A stretch of 64,000 nt of DNA from Marsupella aquatica (lineage: Eukaryota > Plantae > Marchantiophyta): positions 10,851,875-10,915,874 of the forward strand of contig OZ316891.1 of NCBI GenBank assembly GCA_973895155.1. The letters run 5' to 3'. The translations under genes were made by a program, and so were the position numbers. Positions within the stretch are counted from its first letter, which is position 1. Each line of letters opens with the position of its first letter. Positions 14,002-26,015 of the stretch are shown here, one piece after another. The notes beneath the pieces were generated by a model. The model was not told where the DNA came from and searched no databases. It saw only the letters and a list, made by a program, of their open reading frames with translations.

Positions 14002-15830
14002 GATCATGACTACAACTCGGAGTGCCAATTTTTTGTTCTCCCAAGGGTCTGAAGTACTTCTTCATCTTGAGAATATATTGGTTGCAAGGGGGGTTGTGTT
14101 TAAGACCAATCCAGAAGACACTTGTCATTCTGAGGCATTGTGTAACAACCGCATGAGTGTTCTGGTGGTTGAAATCTTTGAGCCAACAAAACCTCTTCCT
14201 TACCCAAATCCAGGAGCTGACACCACTGGGGAGGCTTTGCGTTCATATGTTATATGGGACTGTGCTAGTGCCATTTTGGCAAATGAGAACATCCCATTGC
14301 AGGTCCAAAAAGCATCCAATGATACTCCCAACCTTGTGAGACTTGAAAGAACTGATGATTCAAGGATTGTTGGAAACCAAGTCCCCAATTCCAACAATGA
14401 ACCGGTTGCACCATTTTGTTCAGGAGATGATGTGCTATTGCAACTTACAAGCATTATTGTTGCACGGGGTGAAGTTTCTAATACTCAACCAGAGGATACT
14501 TGTGGTGACATATTATTGGGATCAGGGCATATTAGTGTCCATGTGGTTGAAGCACTTCATGGGGTGACTCAATTGCCATACCATAACACTAACATAAAGA
14601 CAATTGAGCAGTCTGTAGGTAGTGTTGTCTCGGGGGGTTAACTAAGTGTATATTTTGGGGTACCACCTGTGATCCTAGCTTAATATAAATAGACCTATTT
14701 TATAAAGAAAATATTCCAAGAATATTCTCTATTTTCAATATTAATAACCTATTTTACTTTATAAAGGGTATATATTAAAGAATATTCTATAAACATGAGT
14801 TTATAATACCTTCTTTTGCCTCCTACGCTTTTTAAAAATTTAGTTAAAATCTGTCAAAAATACCTATTTTGGATTGCACGTGGTTCCTAAGATTTTTGAT
14901 AGTCAACCCCCCGAGAGTGTTGTTCTTTGGGATATAGTCAATGTATATCATGTTGGCGAGCAATTCAATGGGTGTGAATCGATTGAGATTCAAAATGGCG
15001 GACTCAGCCAAGGACCACATGACAACTACGATTTGAATGATCGTTCCAAGTGGTACCTAAAAGATGTGGAGATTTATACTGTTGATCGGGTGACATTGCT
15101 TGCAAGAGGATCAATCACAGCATGGCAACCCACAACAGCAATAAACAATGAAGTGCTTGGTGATGGTCATGTTGGGGTGCTAGTTGAACGTGTGATTTGC
15201 AATATCCACATGCAACAGAAGGAATTTCCCACATTTTTAGTGGGAACCCCGTGCTTGGTAAAATGGCCGGTTGCAACTTTGAAATTCTATCCTTCTGACA
15301 AGTTTCTTGGAGATCTTCTGTCAGAACTTGAGGATGAACAGACTGTACATAAAGAGGGGGATAATGATGAGGATGATTTGTTCTCTTCTATGGAGTACCA
15401 GCAAAAGAAAAGACATTATTCAATGGGCGGGTTGAGAAAACCAGCCAACCCAAATGCACGCCAAAAAAAGAGTGGAGCAGAGAAGAAGTGTGAAGGTGGA
15501 TGAGAACAAAATAGCTCAAGTGGGCATGAAGAAGTGCAAGTGTGGAATGGAATGTTGTCGGAACTTCCCCCGCACAGACATTGAAGAGGTCAGAACTGAG
15601 TTCTATGGTTTGGACAATGATAACAAAATCAGTCATATGATGAATGTTTTTGAAATGAGGGAGAGATCTATGGTTGAGCAAGGACAAATGGTTGTCAAAG
15701 GTTGCATCATTTGCAAAATGGCATTTGCAATTATATTTGGAATTTCTACAAGCACCTTCTACAACTATGAGAATCTATACAAGGGTGGTTGTAAAGTGGG
15801 GTTTCATGGCAATAAGGGCACCAAAAAACC
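14002..15830 (+). pseudogene. Transposase N-terminal half: three tandem Tnp1/En-Spm-like (DUF8039-type) domains plus a Cys-rich region
   Basis: Three ~80-aa repeats with the pattern VARGxV...PxD...LG.G...V.V...LP...W, then KCKCGMECC and ICKMAFAIIFGISTSTFYNY...HGNKGTKKP, which in this family precede the YRLP/CxxC/DDE part found at 7465-9552. Interrupted by a MITE and a frameshift near 15490. Confidence 0.7.
14629..14915. mobile_element. MITE, CTCGGGGGG...CCCCCCGAG termini, 8-bp TSD AGTGTTGT
   Basis: TSD at 14621-14628 and 14916-14923. Removing the element plus one TSD copy restores the frame (EQSVGSVV|LWDIVNV). Confidence 0.9.
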
Positions 15831-15834
15831 AACG

Positions 15835-18800
15835 CGCATTAGGCTGTTTAAGCAGTAGAGTGAGGAGGCTCTACCCTTTTGGTAGAGGATCTTGGGTCCG
15901 GATTATAGGACCAATCTTGCATTGCATGATGAGAGCCTGGATATGAGGGTACTAACTGATTCGTTGTGAGGGGAATGCCTACTCCACCGCTGGAAGTGAA
16001 GGCAGGAAGTTTGAGATCCTGATCGTGAATACATTGGTTGTGAGAAGGGAGGCCAGGTCGACCCGGACATCACCATTGCAGGCCCGATTGAGTCCAGATT
16101 TTCCCCACGTTAGATGACCCTGCATTGTGGTTGACGAAATCTTAATGCAATTCTTCCGAAATGATTTTCAATTGATCAGAAACGCTCCGGCCAGGTCGAC
16201 CCGGACTTTTCCGACCCGGCCTTCGTCGACCCGGCTGAATTTCCGGATGCACCCGGCCATGCCTCCCTAGACACCCTAGCTGATTTCCAGATCATCTCAG
16301 ACACATTCGAGAAGGTGAAGAGGAAGACCACTGTGATGGAGAAGGCCATCACTGACATTTCTCAGAAATTAGGAGTGAAACCAGGGCAGATTCTTGAGAA
16401 GATCTCCACCATGAGTGATGCCACAGATAAGAGGAAGTTAGAGAAGGAGAATGAGTTCCTCAAGAAGAAGGTATCTGAACTCAAACAGCAGTTGGAAAGG
16501 AGTAAGAAGAAGAATGAGCTTGAGCATACTCTCCAACTCAGTATCACTCAATCTTTGGATCTGATTGAGCCTTTGACTAAGATAGCTTCTCTGGATCTTC
16601 TTAAGGCCCAAATTTATAATGAGTATTTGGCCAAGAACACTACACCCATCCTTTTCTCCAAGATTAACCATTTAGTGGTAGATGTGAGTACCAAGGTGGA
16701 TGATGCATTTACAGGTCTCTCAAAGACCTGTGAAGCCTTAAGGGAGATGAGTGACTTAACTACTGAGGAGCTATTAGCTGATACTGAGATTCCTCCCTTT
16801 ACTACCAGATCTTTCTCTCCTAGTCCTCATGAAGGAGTCTATTCCACTGGCCCCTTATCACCCCTCAACCCTCCTGGTTTCCCCACTCCCAGTACACACT
16901 TCCACTCCCATTCTTACACTTATTCTCATGACCCAAGTGCCCATCAGGAGAACATGGATATTGACCCGTCCATCCCTTTTACCACTGGTCAGCAGGGAGT
17001 TTTCCTTCGACCAGAACCCCTTGCCATGGCTAACCCTGAGGAGGTTCCTTCCCAAAAACTAGGACCAGAATAGAGTTATATTTAGAGAGTTAGAGCCACA
17101 TTAGTTTAGACTTAGAAATATCTATATAGATTAGTATATGAGTAAGTAGACTCCAGTATTTTGTTGATGTATTCATTGGAGACTCTACTCCATTTTTGAC
17201 TAGGATAGTTCACTTTTATTTACATATTTCTTTAGACTTGGGTTTTGAAGAGGCATGTCTTTTCATAATCTCCACTTTTAGTACAAAAGGAGGAGAATCC
17301 AAAGTCAACCAGGAGAGAGAAAATATACATTTGATTTCCTCATTACCTTTGAAGGAATCTATGTCTTTTCTTCCCTTTCTTTTTACCATGGTTGAGTAAA
17401 AGAAAAAAGTTTTAGCAACCCTTGAGTTGTTGTGAAGTGTTCAATGAATGCTAGAGTGTGCCTTAATGATATTGAAAGATCAATGAGATTTGTGATCAAT
17501 ACATTTGGAAGATTCACCAAAGAGGAAATTGACATTTGCACAAAACTCAAACAAGCAATCTTAAGGATTGTAGGAGAAGTAAGCCAATTCGAGTATCCGA
17601 GTACCGTCTTAAGCAAGACCAGAAAAGTGTCTCGGGTTGATTTACATTGTTGTCTTCTAAATTCAAGAGATGGAGAAGAGTTGCTACGAGAAATAAAAAA
17701 GCATAGAAAATGTTAATTTCTGAATCTTAAATTAGGCCATAATCCTTATTGAAGGAGTGGTGATGGTCAGAAATTCAATTCCCTTGCACTTTGAAAACTC
17801 CTATCTACTCTCTCTCTAGTTTCAATCTTTGTTAATTCTAGTCTTTATTATTGCACTATGAATCCTAGGGATTATCCACTTGAGTTTGTGGTTAAACACT
17901 TATGTTAAGGAGATCATTAGAAATCTCTCCAACCTAAGAATGTTGGTGTAAACTTCTCAAATTGTGTTAATTCAGTCTTTTTGATCTTATCCACTCCTAA
18001 CCGGAACGAAATCGAGTTGTTAAGGAGTAAATAGTCATTTATCTCTTTATCACCTTGCTACAAATAGATTCCTTGTTGGTGATGTTTCACATATTCCTTA
18101 GTTCTTGATGCATAGTTTTTGGCGTGACATTGCTTGTGCATGGGATGCAAAGATTGTTACTTACCAATTACTTATGGCTTCAAATTTGATTATGATGGTG
18201 TCTCTTATTTGTGACACAAAGTACCGATTGGATACAGAAGTGATTGATTACTAGTCTCCACTCAATACCTTGGAAGGAAAAGTTGAGACATGTTGACGGC
18301 ATTTTAGTAATCATCCTAGTACCGTAATCCTTTCCAAAAATGTTTTTGCGGATATACCACCTAAATCATATCAAATGAAGTTATGTTGAGGAGTCACCTT
18401 GGTTGTTTCCTAACTCCCTCACCATACCTCAAGGTTTTCATTGTGTTTTATTAATTGTTTCCATTTGTTAATTTTATTTTTAATGTCAAGCAGACATTTA
18501 AAACTATGCCTTGCTGAGCAACCATAGTAAAAGGCTCAACTTTGTGTTTTTGTTACCTTATTCATTCATAAGTGCTAAATCATAGAAAATCATTCCTTAC
18601 ATGTTCTTCCATGGGAACCAATACCGAGTTTTGGATCTTAAATGTTTATTTATGTCTCTAGTGTGATACTACAAGGGAGGACTATTCAAGTTAGCTACAG
18701 TACCTCTGTCATAACTGTCTGCACAATCACCAAGGTACCGATAGTCAGTGTTTATGTGGAATAGTGGAGTAGATTCCTGTTGTACTAGAGGTGCCTATTC

Positions 18801-19231
18801 ATTAGTGTTTCCTGTATTGCTGGTAGCTACATGTGCCAATCATTGCACAGGCTAGACAATCCCTCTACTATACGTATGACTGGTGAAGGAGGTGCGTATC
18901 TCATTGTCCTTATCTTATCTTGGTTTGGTATCTGATTATCTTCTTTCTCAATTGTACGTGAGCTAATGGGTGTGATGAGTCTCCTTACGGGCTCAATGCG
19001 CTTTCTCATTTGTATTTGATGAGTTTTGTGACCGGTTCAATACGCATGTGCGCTTATTATCAGAGTATGCTCTGAGGAGATTGAGTTGCATTGTATTGTT
19101 TAGGGTTGCTAAATTAGAAACGATGAGTTTCGTGACCGGTTCAATACGCATGCGCGCTTATTATCAGAGTATGCTCTGAGGAGATTGAGTTGCATTGTAT
19201 TGTTTAGGGTTTGAGTTGCTAAATTAGAAAC
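15835..19231. mobile_element. Nested retrotransposon-like insertion with a coiled-coil accessory ORF (16315-17073); boundaries approximate
   Basis: Abruptly ends the transposase N-half. Contains a 252-aa coiled-coil/Pro-rich ORF resembling extra ORFs of LTR elements, purine tracts (AAAAGGAGGAGAA, AAGGGAGG) and UTR/LTR-like sequence. No RT or integrase motif is seen. Confidence 0.4.
19018..19231. repeat. Two-copy tandem repeat, ~104-bp unit
   Basis: GATGAGTTT..TGACCGGTTCAATACGCATG..GCTAAATTAGAAAC occurs at 19018 and 19122. Confidence 0.85.
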
Positions 19232-19460
19232 TTTGATTGAGTTTTGGTATACCAGAACGAGCAAGTTTACAGTATCTACAAAGAATCTTTTAAGATTCTT
19301 TGATAGGCGCACGGCTTTGGCATGGCTAAGCCCAAGAAGGATCTGGTAATGATGACAAAGCAAGCACATGTTGGGCTTCCAGGTACTTTTCATTTTCCAA
19401 CCTTGCTACTTTTGTTATTTTGGCATGTATTTTTTGACATTCTCATATTTTTTGTTTGTT

Positions 19461-20075
19461 AACCTCACGATCGTCGTGAGGTTTGACTATTCCAATGCTT
19501 GATTAAAGTTAGAATTTCAAATTTTTTTACTTGTTAACCTCATGATCATCGTGAGGTTTCTACATTTTCTTGCTTGACTAACTAAGATGAGGAAAGTCAT
19601 TTCTACTTGCCTAACCTCATGATCATCGTGAGGTGAAGGGTCATCATTTCATGGCTTCATGAGAGCTAGGGTGAAGGACATTTTTTCTTTTCAACCTCAC
19701 AATGGTGATGATCAAGGTTTCAAATTTTCATGCATGGATAGAGAATAGTAACATCTTTTTTCTGTGGATCACCTTAAGATATTTGTGAGGATTAGGGTCT
19801 TTTTTATGGTTTGGCTATAGGTTCAAGGATATTTTTGCTTAGAAAATCTCACTATCATTGTGAAGTTTAGCCATATTTTCATGGTTTGGTGAGAGGTCAA
19901 GGAGAGTGTCAAGAATATTTTTGTTGGCAGCTAACCACACAATTATTGTTTCATTTCATATTTATTTGCATGGTTTGGTTCAAGGGTAGAGCTCATGTTT
20001 TGTCATTTTTATGCTTCCATAGAAATTGTCAAGTTCTATTTTGCTTGCCAAAACCTCACGATTGTCGTGAGGTTT
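19461..20075. repeat. Intronic array of ~23-bp palindromes (AACCTCACGATnATCGTGAGGTT), ~75-80-bp period
   Basis: Copies at 19461, 19536, 19613, 19693, 19771, 19845, 19933 (degenerate) and 20051. The spacers are much more divergent than the palindromes. Confidence 0.85.
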
Positions 20076-20162
20076 GCTCATTTCTGCATCATTCCACCTA
20101 GTTTATTCTCAAGAATTGGATCTATTCATTTAATTAATGGACTTCACTTGTTTATTGTGCAG

Positions 20163-23100
20163 ATGATTACCATGATTTGGACCCAGTATCTACACCAAAA
20201 ATTTATGATAATGATGTATGTTTAACATACAGCTATGACATTGGAGAAGAGTGGGCAATTGATATGTACCCTTATGATGGAGAAGTTCAGTTGTGTTTGA
20301 TTGACATAAAAAAAGATCCACACCAATTGCGACAGCACATTATTGGTCCAATTGCATACTTGCAAATGCATTCTTAGGATCAAGTAACTGTTCTTGTAGA
20401 GAATTACACGGAAAAAAAATGGTATCAGTACTTGCTTGATGCAAATACATATGGAGTGCGGTTGAATACAACTTGGATTGATGATATGCCAACCAATGTT
20501 ATTTCTTTGGCATTCTTTCCTTTGGACTTTAGTTTCAAAGGTAGTTCAGATCAAGGACAACTTTCACACCAGGAGATTGCATCTGGTTATGCTCGAGTCT
20601 TACATTTGCTGAAAAGAAAAGCATTTCTTGTGTAGGACATTGCAGATGGAGCAGTGCATTGAGACAAGTGGACTAACCAACATTGATATTGATCCAGCTG
20701 TTCTTTTCCATAAGACATTTGGAAAAGAAACACTCTCCAAATGGATTGACTTGCAAACTTTGGTTGCAAACAAGGTGAAGAAAGTGCCAAAGTCTTTAGA
20801 AGATGACTTGGGAGTAGATATGTCAGAATATGAAGGGACCAAGGCTGACGAAGAAGCGGTACCAATCATTGATCCCAATAGAGAGGCATCTCCACAACAA
20901 AGTGAGAAGCTTGATAGTGTAGAGCCTCAAATTCATAGCATTCTTGGAATTGTCCAACAAAAGAAGAAACAAGCTACCAAGCTTGTAGTTTCTCAGCCAA
21001 AGAGACGACCGCCAACCACCAAGGCACAAAATGTGCAGAGGAAGAGAAAGCAGCCACAAGAAGAGGACAATGTGGAAGAGATTTTTGCACAACAAAGTGA
21101 AAGGATTGAGCCCATTGTACTTCAAATAGGAGGCAATGTATAGAGCAAGCCAACAATTGTGCAACCAAAGAGAAAGCCATCAACAAGAAAGAAATCATTG
21201 GGGAAGCAACCAGATAGCAATAGGGATACAGTTGCTGATCTTGTGCCACAAGGAGCACTAATCTTACGAGAAGTGGGTGACAATGAAGAGAGTGAGTTAC
21301 CTGGAGCCAAAGAGATTGAAAAATCTAGCAAGATTTTGCAAGAGGTGAAAGATTACTATCCTTTTGGAATTAGAACACATTTTGGGATTCCGGTGAAGAA
21401 TATCATGCAACCTCCTGCTACCATGTGTTATAGGAAAATCAACCTTTCTCATGTTGATGAGATAATGACTGGGATGATCTTGCATCCTGAGCAGCAACCT
21501 CATCCTGCTGATTTAGTTCCCTACAACCCTCAGACCTTGAAGCCAATGAGTTTTGCAAAAGATGACATGACTCAATTTCAGAAATTGATGCCAAGGTTAA
21601 AGTTCTTTGCTATAAGTGGACAGCACTCTGCACTTGCCGCTCAAAGAATCTGTGAGCATGCCAAAAAACAACCTGATCTTCGAGAGCTTGCAAATAAATT
21701 GCAAGTACGTTCATCTCACATTTTTAGTGGAGCTACACCAAAAAAGATCTTGCTGGAGTTCTCTAGTAGCTCAAATGAGATGAACAAGATTTCTGATTAT
21801 AAATCTCCATTCATTGATACTGTGGAGCATGCAAGAAATCAGTACGCTGATTTTGGTTTTCCAAAATGACCTGAGGCGGGACAAACAGCAAGTCCAATTT
21901 ACAAGGTAAGTTTGCCTTGCATAAAAGGTTTAAGTTTGTTGTACTGTGTTATTTTCTGAATCATGAATGCAATGCCTAAGTAACAACCTCACAATGATCA
22001 TGAGGTCAACTACTCATATTGAAAAGATATAGTTTCTTTTGACATGTGCAGGAATTTGAGCATACAGCAAAAATGACCATGGAGAAGAAACATCTTACTG
22101 AAGTACATTGGATACTTTTTGCATTTGAGAAGTTGTATTGTTTGTGGAAGGAAGTGTGTAACAAGTGGCTTGAGGGAGAGCTTCCAGATGGACAAGGTAT
22201 CATCACTGAAAATAAAAAAGAGTCTAAACTTCTAACACCGGAGTTTGGAGGGAGGCTTGCAAGATGATGATATCATAGCCATTCTCAAAGAGGTCGAACA
22301 TGGTGGAGTTCTCCTTAAGAAAGATGCTTCTTACAAAGGTGACATGCAATCTATGGAAGAGCTTGCCAAAACAACAAAAGTTTTCTCCAAACTGAAAGAG
22401 ATAATTATTGGATATTATCAAATCACTTTTTCAGACCAGTTTCCTGATAAATGTACTTGGAAGGAACTATGTGATAAAATTCCCATTGATGCTAGGGAAT
22501 TGGATCGATGCAGAGGAGTGACTGGTACCAAGTACTTGATATCTTGTACTTCTCAGAATATTGCATGTGAGAAAAATATTCCGCATGGTTTAGTATCAAG
22601 ACTAAATCAACTATTTTATGATGCGTTCGGTGGAAGCCAGAGAAAGAGATTAGAGCCATTTCTAACTTTTTTCACTGACAACTTAATGACAACATGTGAG
22701 CCTGGTGCTTTGGAAGAGGCAGCTCCTTTTGTTCCTCTTGCCATTGTGGATTTTGGAAAACAAAACCAAAAGGAGTGGTCAGTATCCCAGCTGGAGGTGT
22801 TTTTTAAGTACATTGTGGAAACACCAAAAAATGATGCAATAATGATTGTCATTTTTTTATTCCATGGTCATCTTTACTCCAATGTGCTAATTGCACTTTA
22901 CAATTTGCCCGATATTCACTTACATTTTGAATTTGGATCATTTGAGAGAGCCGATGGCTACATACATCCTGGGAGGTTTTTTAAAAATGAGCGAGAACAA
23001 ATAATTATTGCAGGTATGTAAATTTGAAATTTGTGTTTGGGTTTATGATACATTGAGAAAACCTCACAATGATCATGAGGTTTAGAATTATCACTAATTG

Positions 23101-26015
23101 TAGAATCTAAATTTATTTGAACTTAGTAAGTTTACTGATCATTTAGTGTCTTTTGGCAGCCGTTTCACACAGTGCAAAACAAGATTGGGTTGACATGTTG
23201 CCTGAAGGAGATATGAACTACCAATTTGATGAGAAAAATGATCGAGATTACCTTTCCAAAACTTGGACGACTAATCCAAAATCTATTCCAGTGGATGAGT
23301 CTAAAGAAGATCGAGAGGAACGCTTGAGGGAAGAAGCATTCAAGACGCTAAAAAATAGAGCTCCTCGTTATTCATTTTTGGATCAACTTGGAGGTTTAGT
23401 TAATCCTAATTGCAAGCCTGCTCGTGTGCTCAACAACATCATTCATAAATTTTCTACACGTGGCGCTACAATTTTTGATTTCTTTTCTGGAGGATCAATT
23501 TTAAAAAGTGCATTCGAGCTTGGAAGAGAATGCTTTGTGTATTCAGACTCAAAAAAAGAGTCTGAATTCCTGAAATTATATCCTAATATTTTGAGAACAA
23601 TTCTTGGAGTTAACAAATTTTGGGAGAAGGTTGGAAAGATCAATCGTGGTGATCCTCCTAAAGATTCAGAAGTTATTGTTGAGTATGCAATTATTGATGA
23701 TAATGACAAAGATGAAGATCTTTCTAGATTTGAGGAAGGGTCACCTGGTGTTGGTATTCCACGGGATAATCAACATCAAACTTTTGTTTTGATTGAAAAA
23801 ATCTTACAATCTTCAAGTTTGAAAAAATCTTCATCAACAATGAGAAGCCAAAATGATTTGATTAACCTTGCAAGTCCTTCACAGGTAAACATCTATTCTT
23901 CATTTTATTTGTAGTTTACTTATGAGGTATTTATATATATGTGAATATAATCTTATGTTGGAATTGTTGGGTCAAAATAGACCAATGCTTGCAGGAATGA
24001 AGAAATTACAAGTATTGTTGAAACTGAGACTATGGAGGTAGTCGAAATAGAGTCGGAGGATATCAAATTAGGCCAGGCAGGTTCTTCTCAAAATGAGAAT
24101 ACTGGAAATTAAATATTTTATGTACCAGGTAGCAACTTATATTAGATGATAATTTGAATTCAAACATGGATCATGCTTGCCATTCTCGGGGGGTTAACTA
24201 AGTGTATATTTTGGGGTACCATGTGTGATCCTAGCCTAATATAAATAGACTTATTTTATAAAAAAAATATTCCAAGAATATTCTCTATTTTCAGTATTAA
24301 TAACCTATTTTATTTTATAAAGGGTATATATTAAAGAATATTCTATAAATATGAGTTTATAATACCTTCTTTTGCCTCCTACGCTTTTTAAAAATTTAGT
24401 TAAAATCTGCCAAAAATACCTATTTTGGATCGCATGTGGTTCCTAAGATTTTTGATAGTCAACCCCGAGTTGTCATTTGAGAAACATGCTCATGTCCTTG
24501 AAAAGACAAGTATATATATATGTACTTTTTATTGACTTCAGATTTTTCACTGATGCTAACCTCATGATTATCGTGAGGTTTATGAGTGATATTTATACCC
24601 CAAATATGTACACAAAAAGCTTGTATTTAAAAATGTTAATACGATTGTTCCTTTGAATGATTGTATCAGCCAACTATCATAAGCATTTCTCACAATGAAA
24701 TGTCACCACTTGACAATTTACAAGAAGAAGTAGGACAAAATGATTCATATTCAGAAACAAGGGTACCTGGAATTGCATCTATTGAGTCACCCCTTTGGAG
24801 TGATTCATCATCTGAAGAAGGATTGCCTGCTGGAATATTTCCATTAGCACCAAAAGGTAAAGATTTTGTTATCTTTTATCTGTGTTCATATTTATATAAG
24901 ATTTTGAAATTAGTTGTTGTACATTTATTTTACAAAGTTCTAATTTATTTGTAATTGCATTTATAACAGGTCAACACGATCTTGATCCATGTCACGTTTG
25001 GTCTTACCTGCCAGAAAATATAGCTCGAGATCGTAAATTACTAATTTTTGATCTTAGTGGTTTATTTTTTCCATCGCAATATCTCGGAAAAACAATATGC
25101 ACCAAGTCAATATCAACGGCAACTGTGCACACATGGCGTGGTAACATGTGGACAATAAGACCACAAATTCATGAATTTTTGCAAAAGTGTTTCTCAAAGT
25201 TTGACATAGGAATATGGAGTTGTGAAACTGATCAAGAAGTCCAGATTCAAGTCAAGACTATCTTTGGACCCGAAGAAATTAAAAAATTTCTTTTTATCAA
25301 AAATCAACATCATGTTCAAGAAATTCTTGGGCTCAAGAATAGCAAAGGTGGACCTGTGTTTTTAAAGAACATATCAAAGTTCATTTGGGAAAAACATAGG
25401 TATTGGGATGACAAGACCACGGTGTTGATAGATGACTTACCTTATAGAACTTCAACAAATGCTTCTCATTCAGCGTTATTTCCACCTACATATGATGGAA
25501 ATCAAAAAGACAATTTTCTTTTGAAAATTTTATGGCCTTGTTTGGAAAAAATGAAAATGGTCTGTGATATCCGTGCATATCTTCAATTAAATGAGCCAAA
25601 ATGGTCCATGGAGAGTGCATCTCAAGATGAGATAATCAATGCTCATATCTATCTTCAGCTTCAAAGAAGAGGTCTTTTGAAAAAGTTTACACCGCCACAA
25701 ATAATCAAATACGCTAATGTTTTGCACATTTCTCAATACGAGATCAGCTGGGGCCAGAAGCACTTGGTCACAAATATGGGAGCTGTTGATAAAATGAGTT
25801 ATGAAGAGGTTTGCAAGATTGGAAAACATCTTGGAATGCGCGGTTGGCATACTGATCATGCTTATGATCCCATCCGGTTTTTGTCGTTGGTTCAAATAAC
25901 ACGAGATCTTTCTTCAAAATTTAAAAACTTGCGTACTCGAGATGGTTGTAATCGTGATAGAGAAGTAGATAAACAGGGAAAATTAGGAACATGCTCAAAT
26001 AAGCATTGTTCATAG
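20163..26015 (+). pseudogene. Multi-exon transposon accessory gene: ParB/Srx-like + N4/N6 DNA-methyltransferase-like + FCP1/NIF HAD phosphatase-like domains (decayed)
   Basis: GT-AG introns at ~21906-22051, 23014-23159, from 23885, and 24857-24969. ParB-like region: YRKINLSHVDEIM...FFAISGQHSALAA. MTase-like region: KPARVLNNIIHKFSTRGATIFDFFSGGSILKSAFELGRECF. NIF region: KLLIFDLSGLF, RPQIHEFLQKCFSKFDIGIWS, TVLIDDLPYR. In-frame stops at 20377, 21143 and 21869, and frameshifts near 20630 and 22250. Confidence 0.7.
24185..24469. mobile_element. MITE, second copy of the 14629-14915 family
   Basis: Highly similar to 14629-14915 throughout. TSD TTGCCATT / TTGTCATT (7/8). Confidence 0.9.

Noticed and set aside
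19461-20075. True CRISPR array
   Set aside because: Eukaryotic intron, no cas genes, repeats are degenerate and the spacers are mutually related. Reported as a palindrome array instead.
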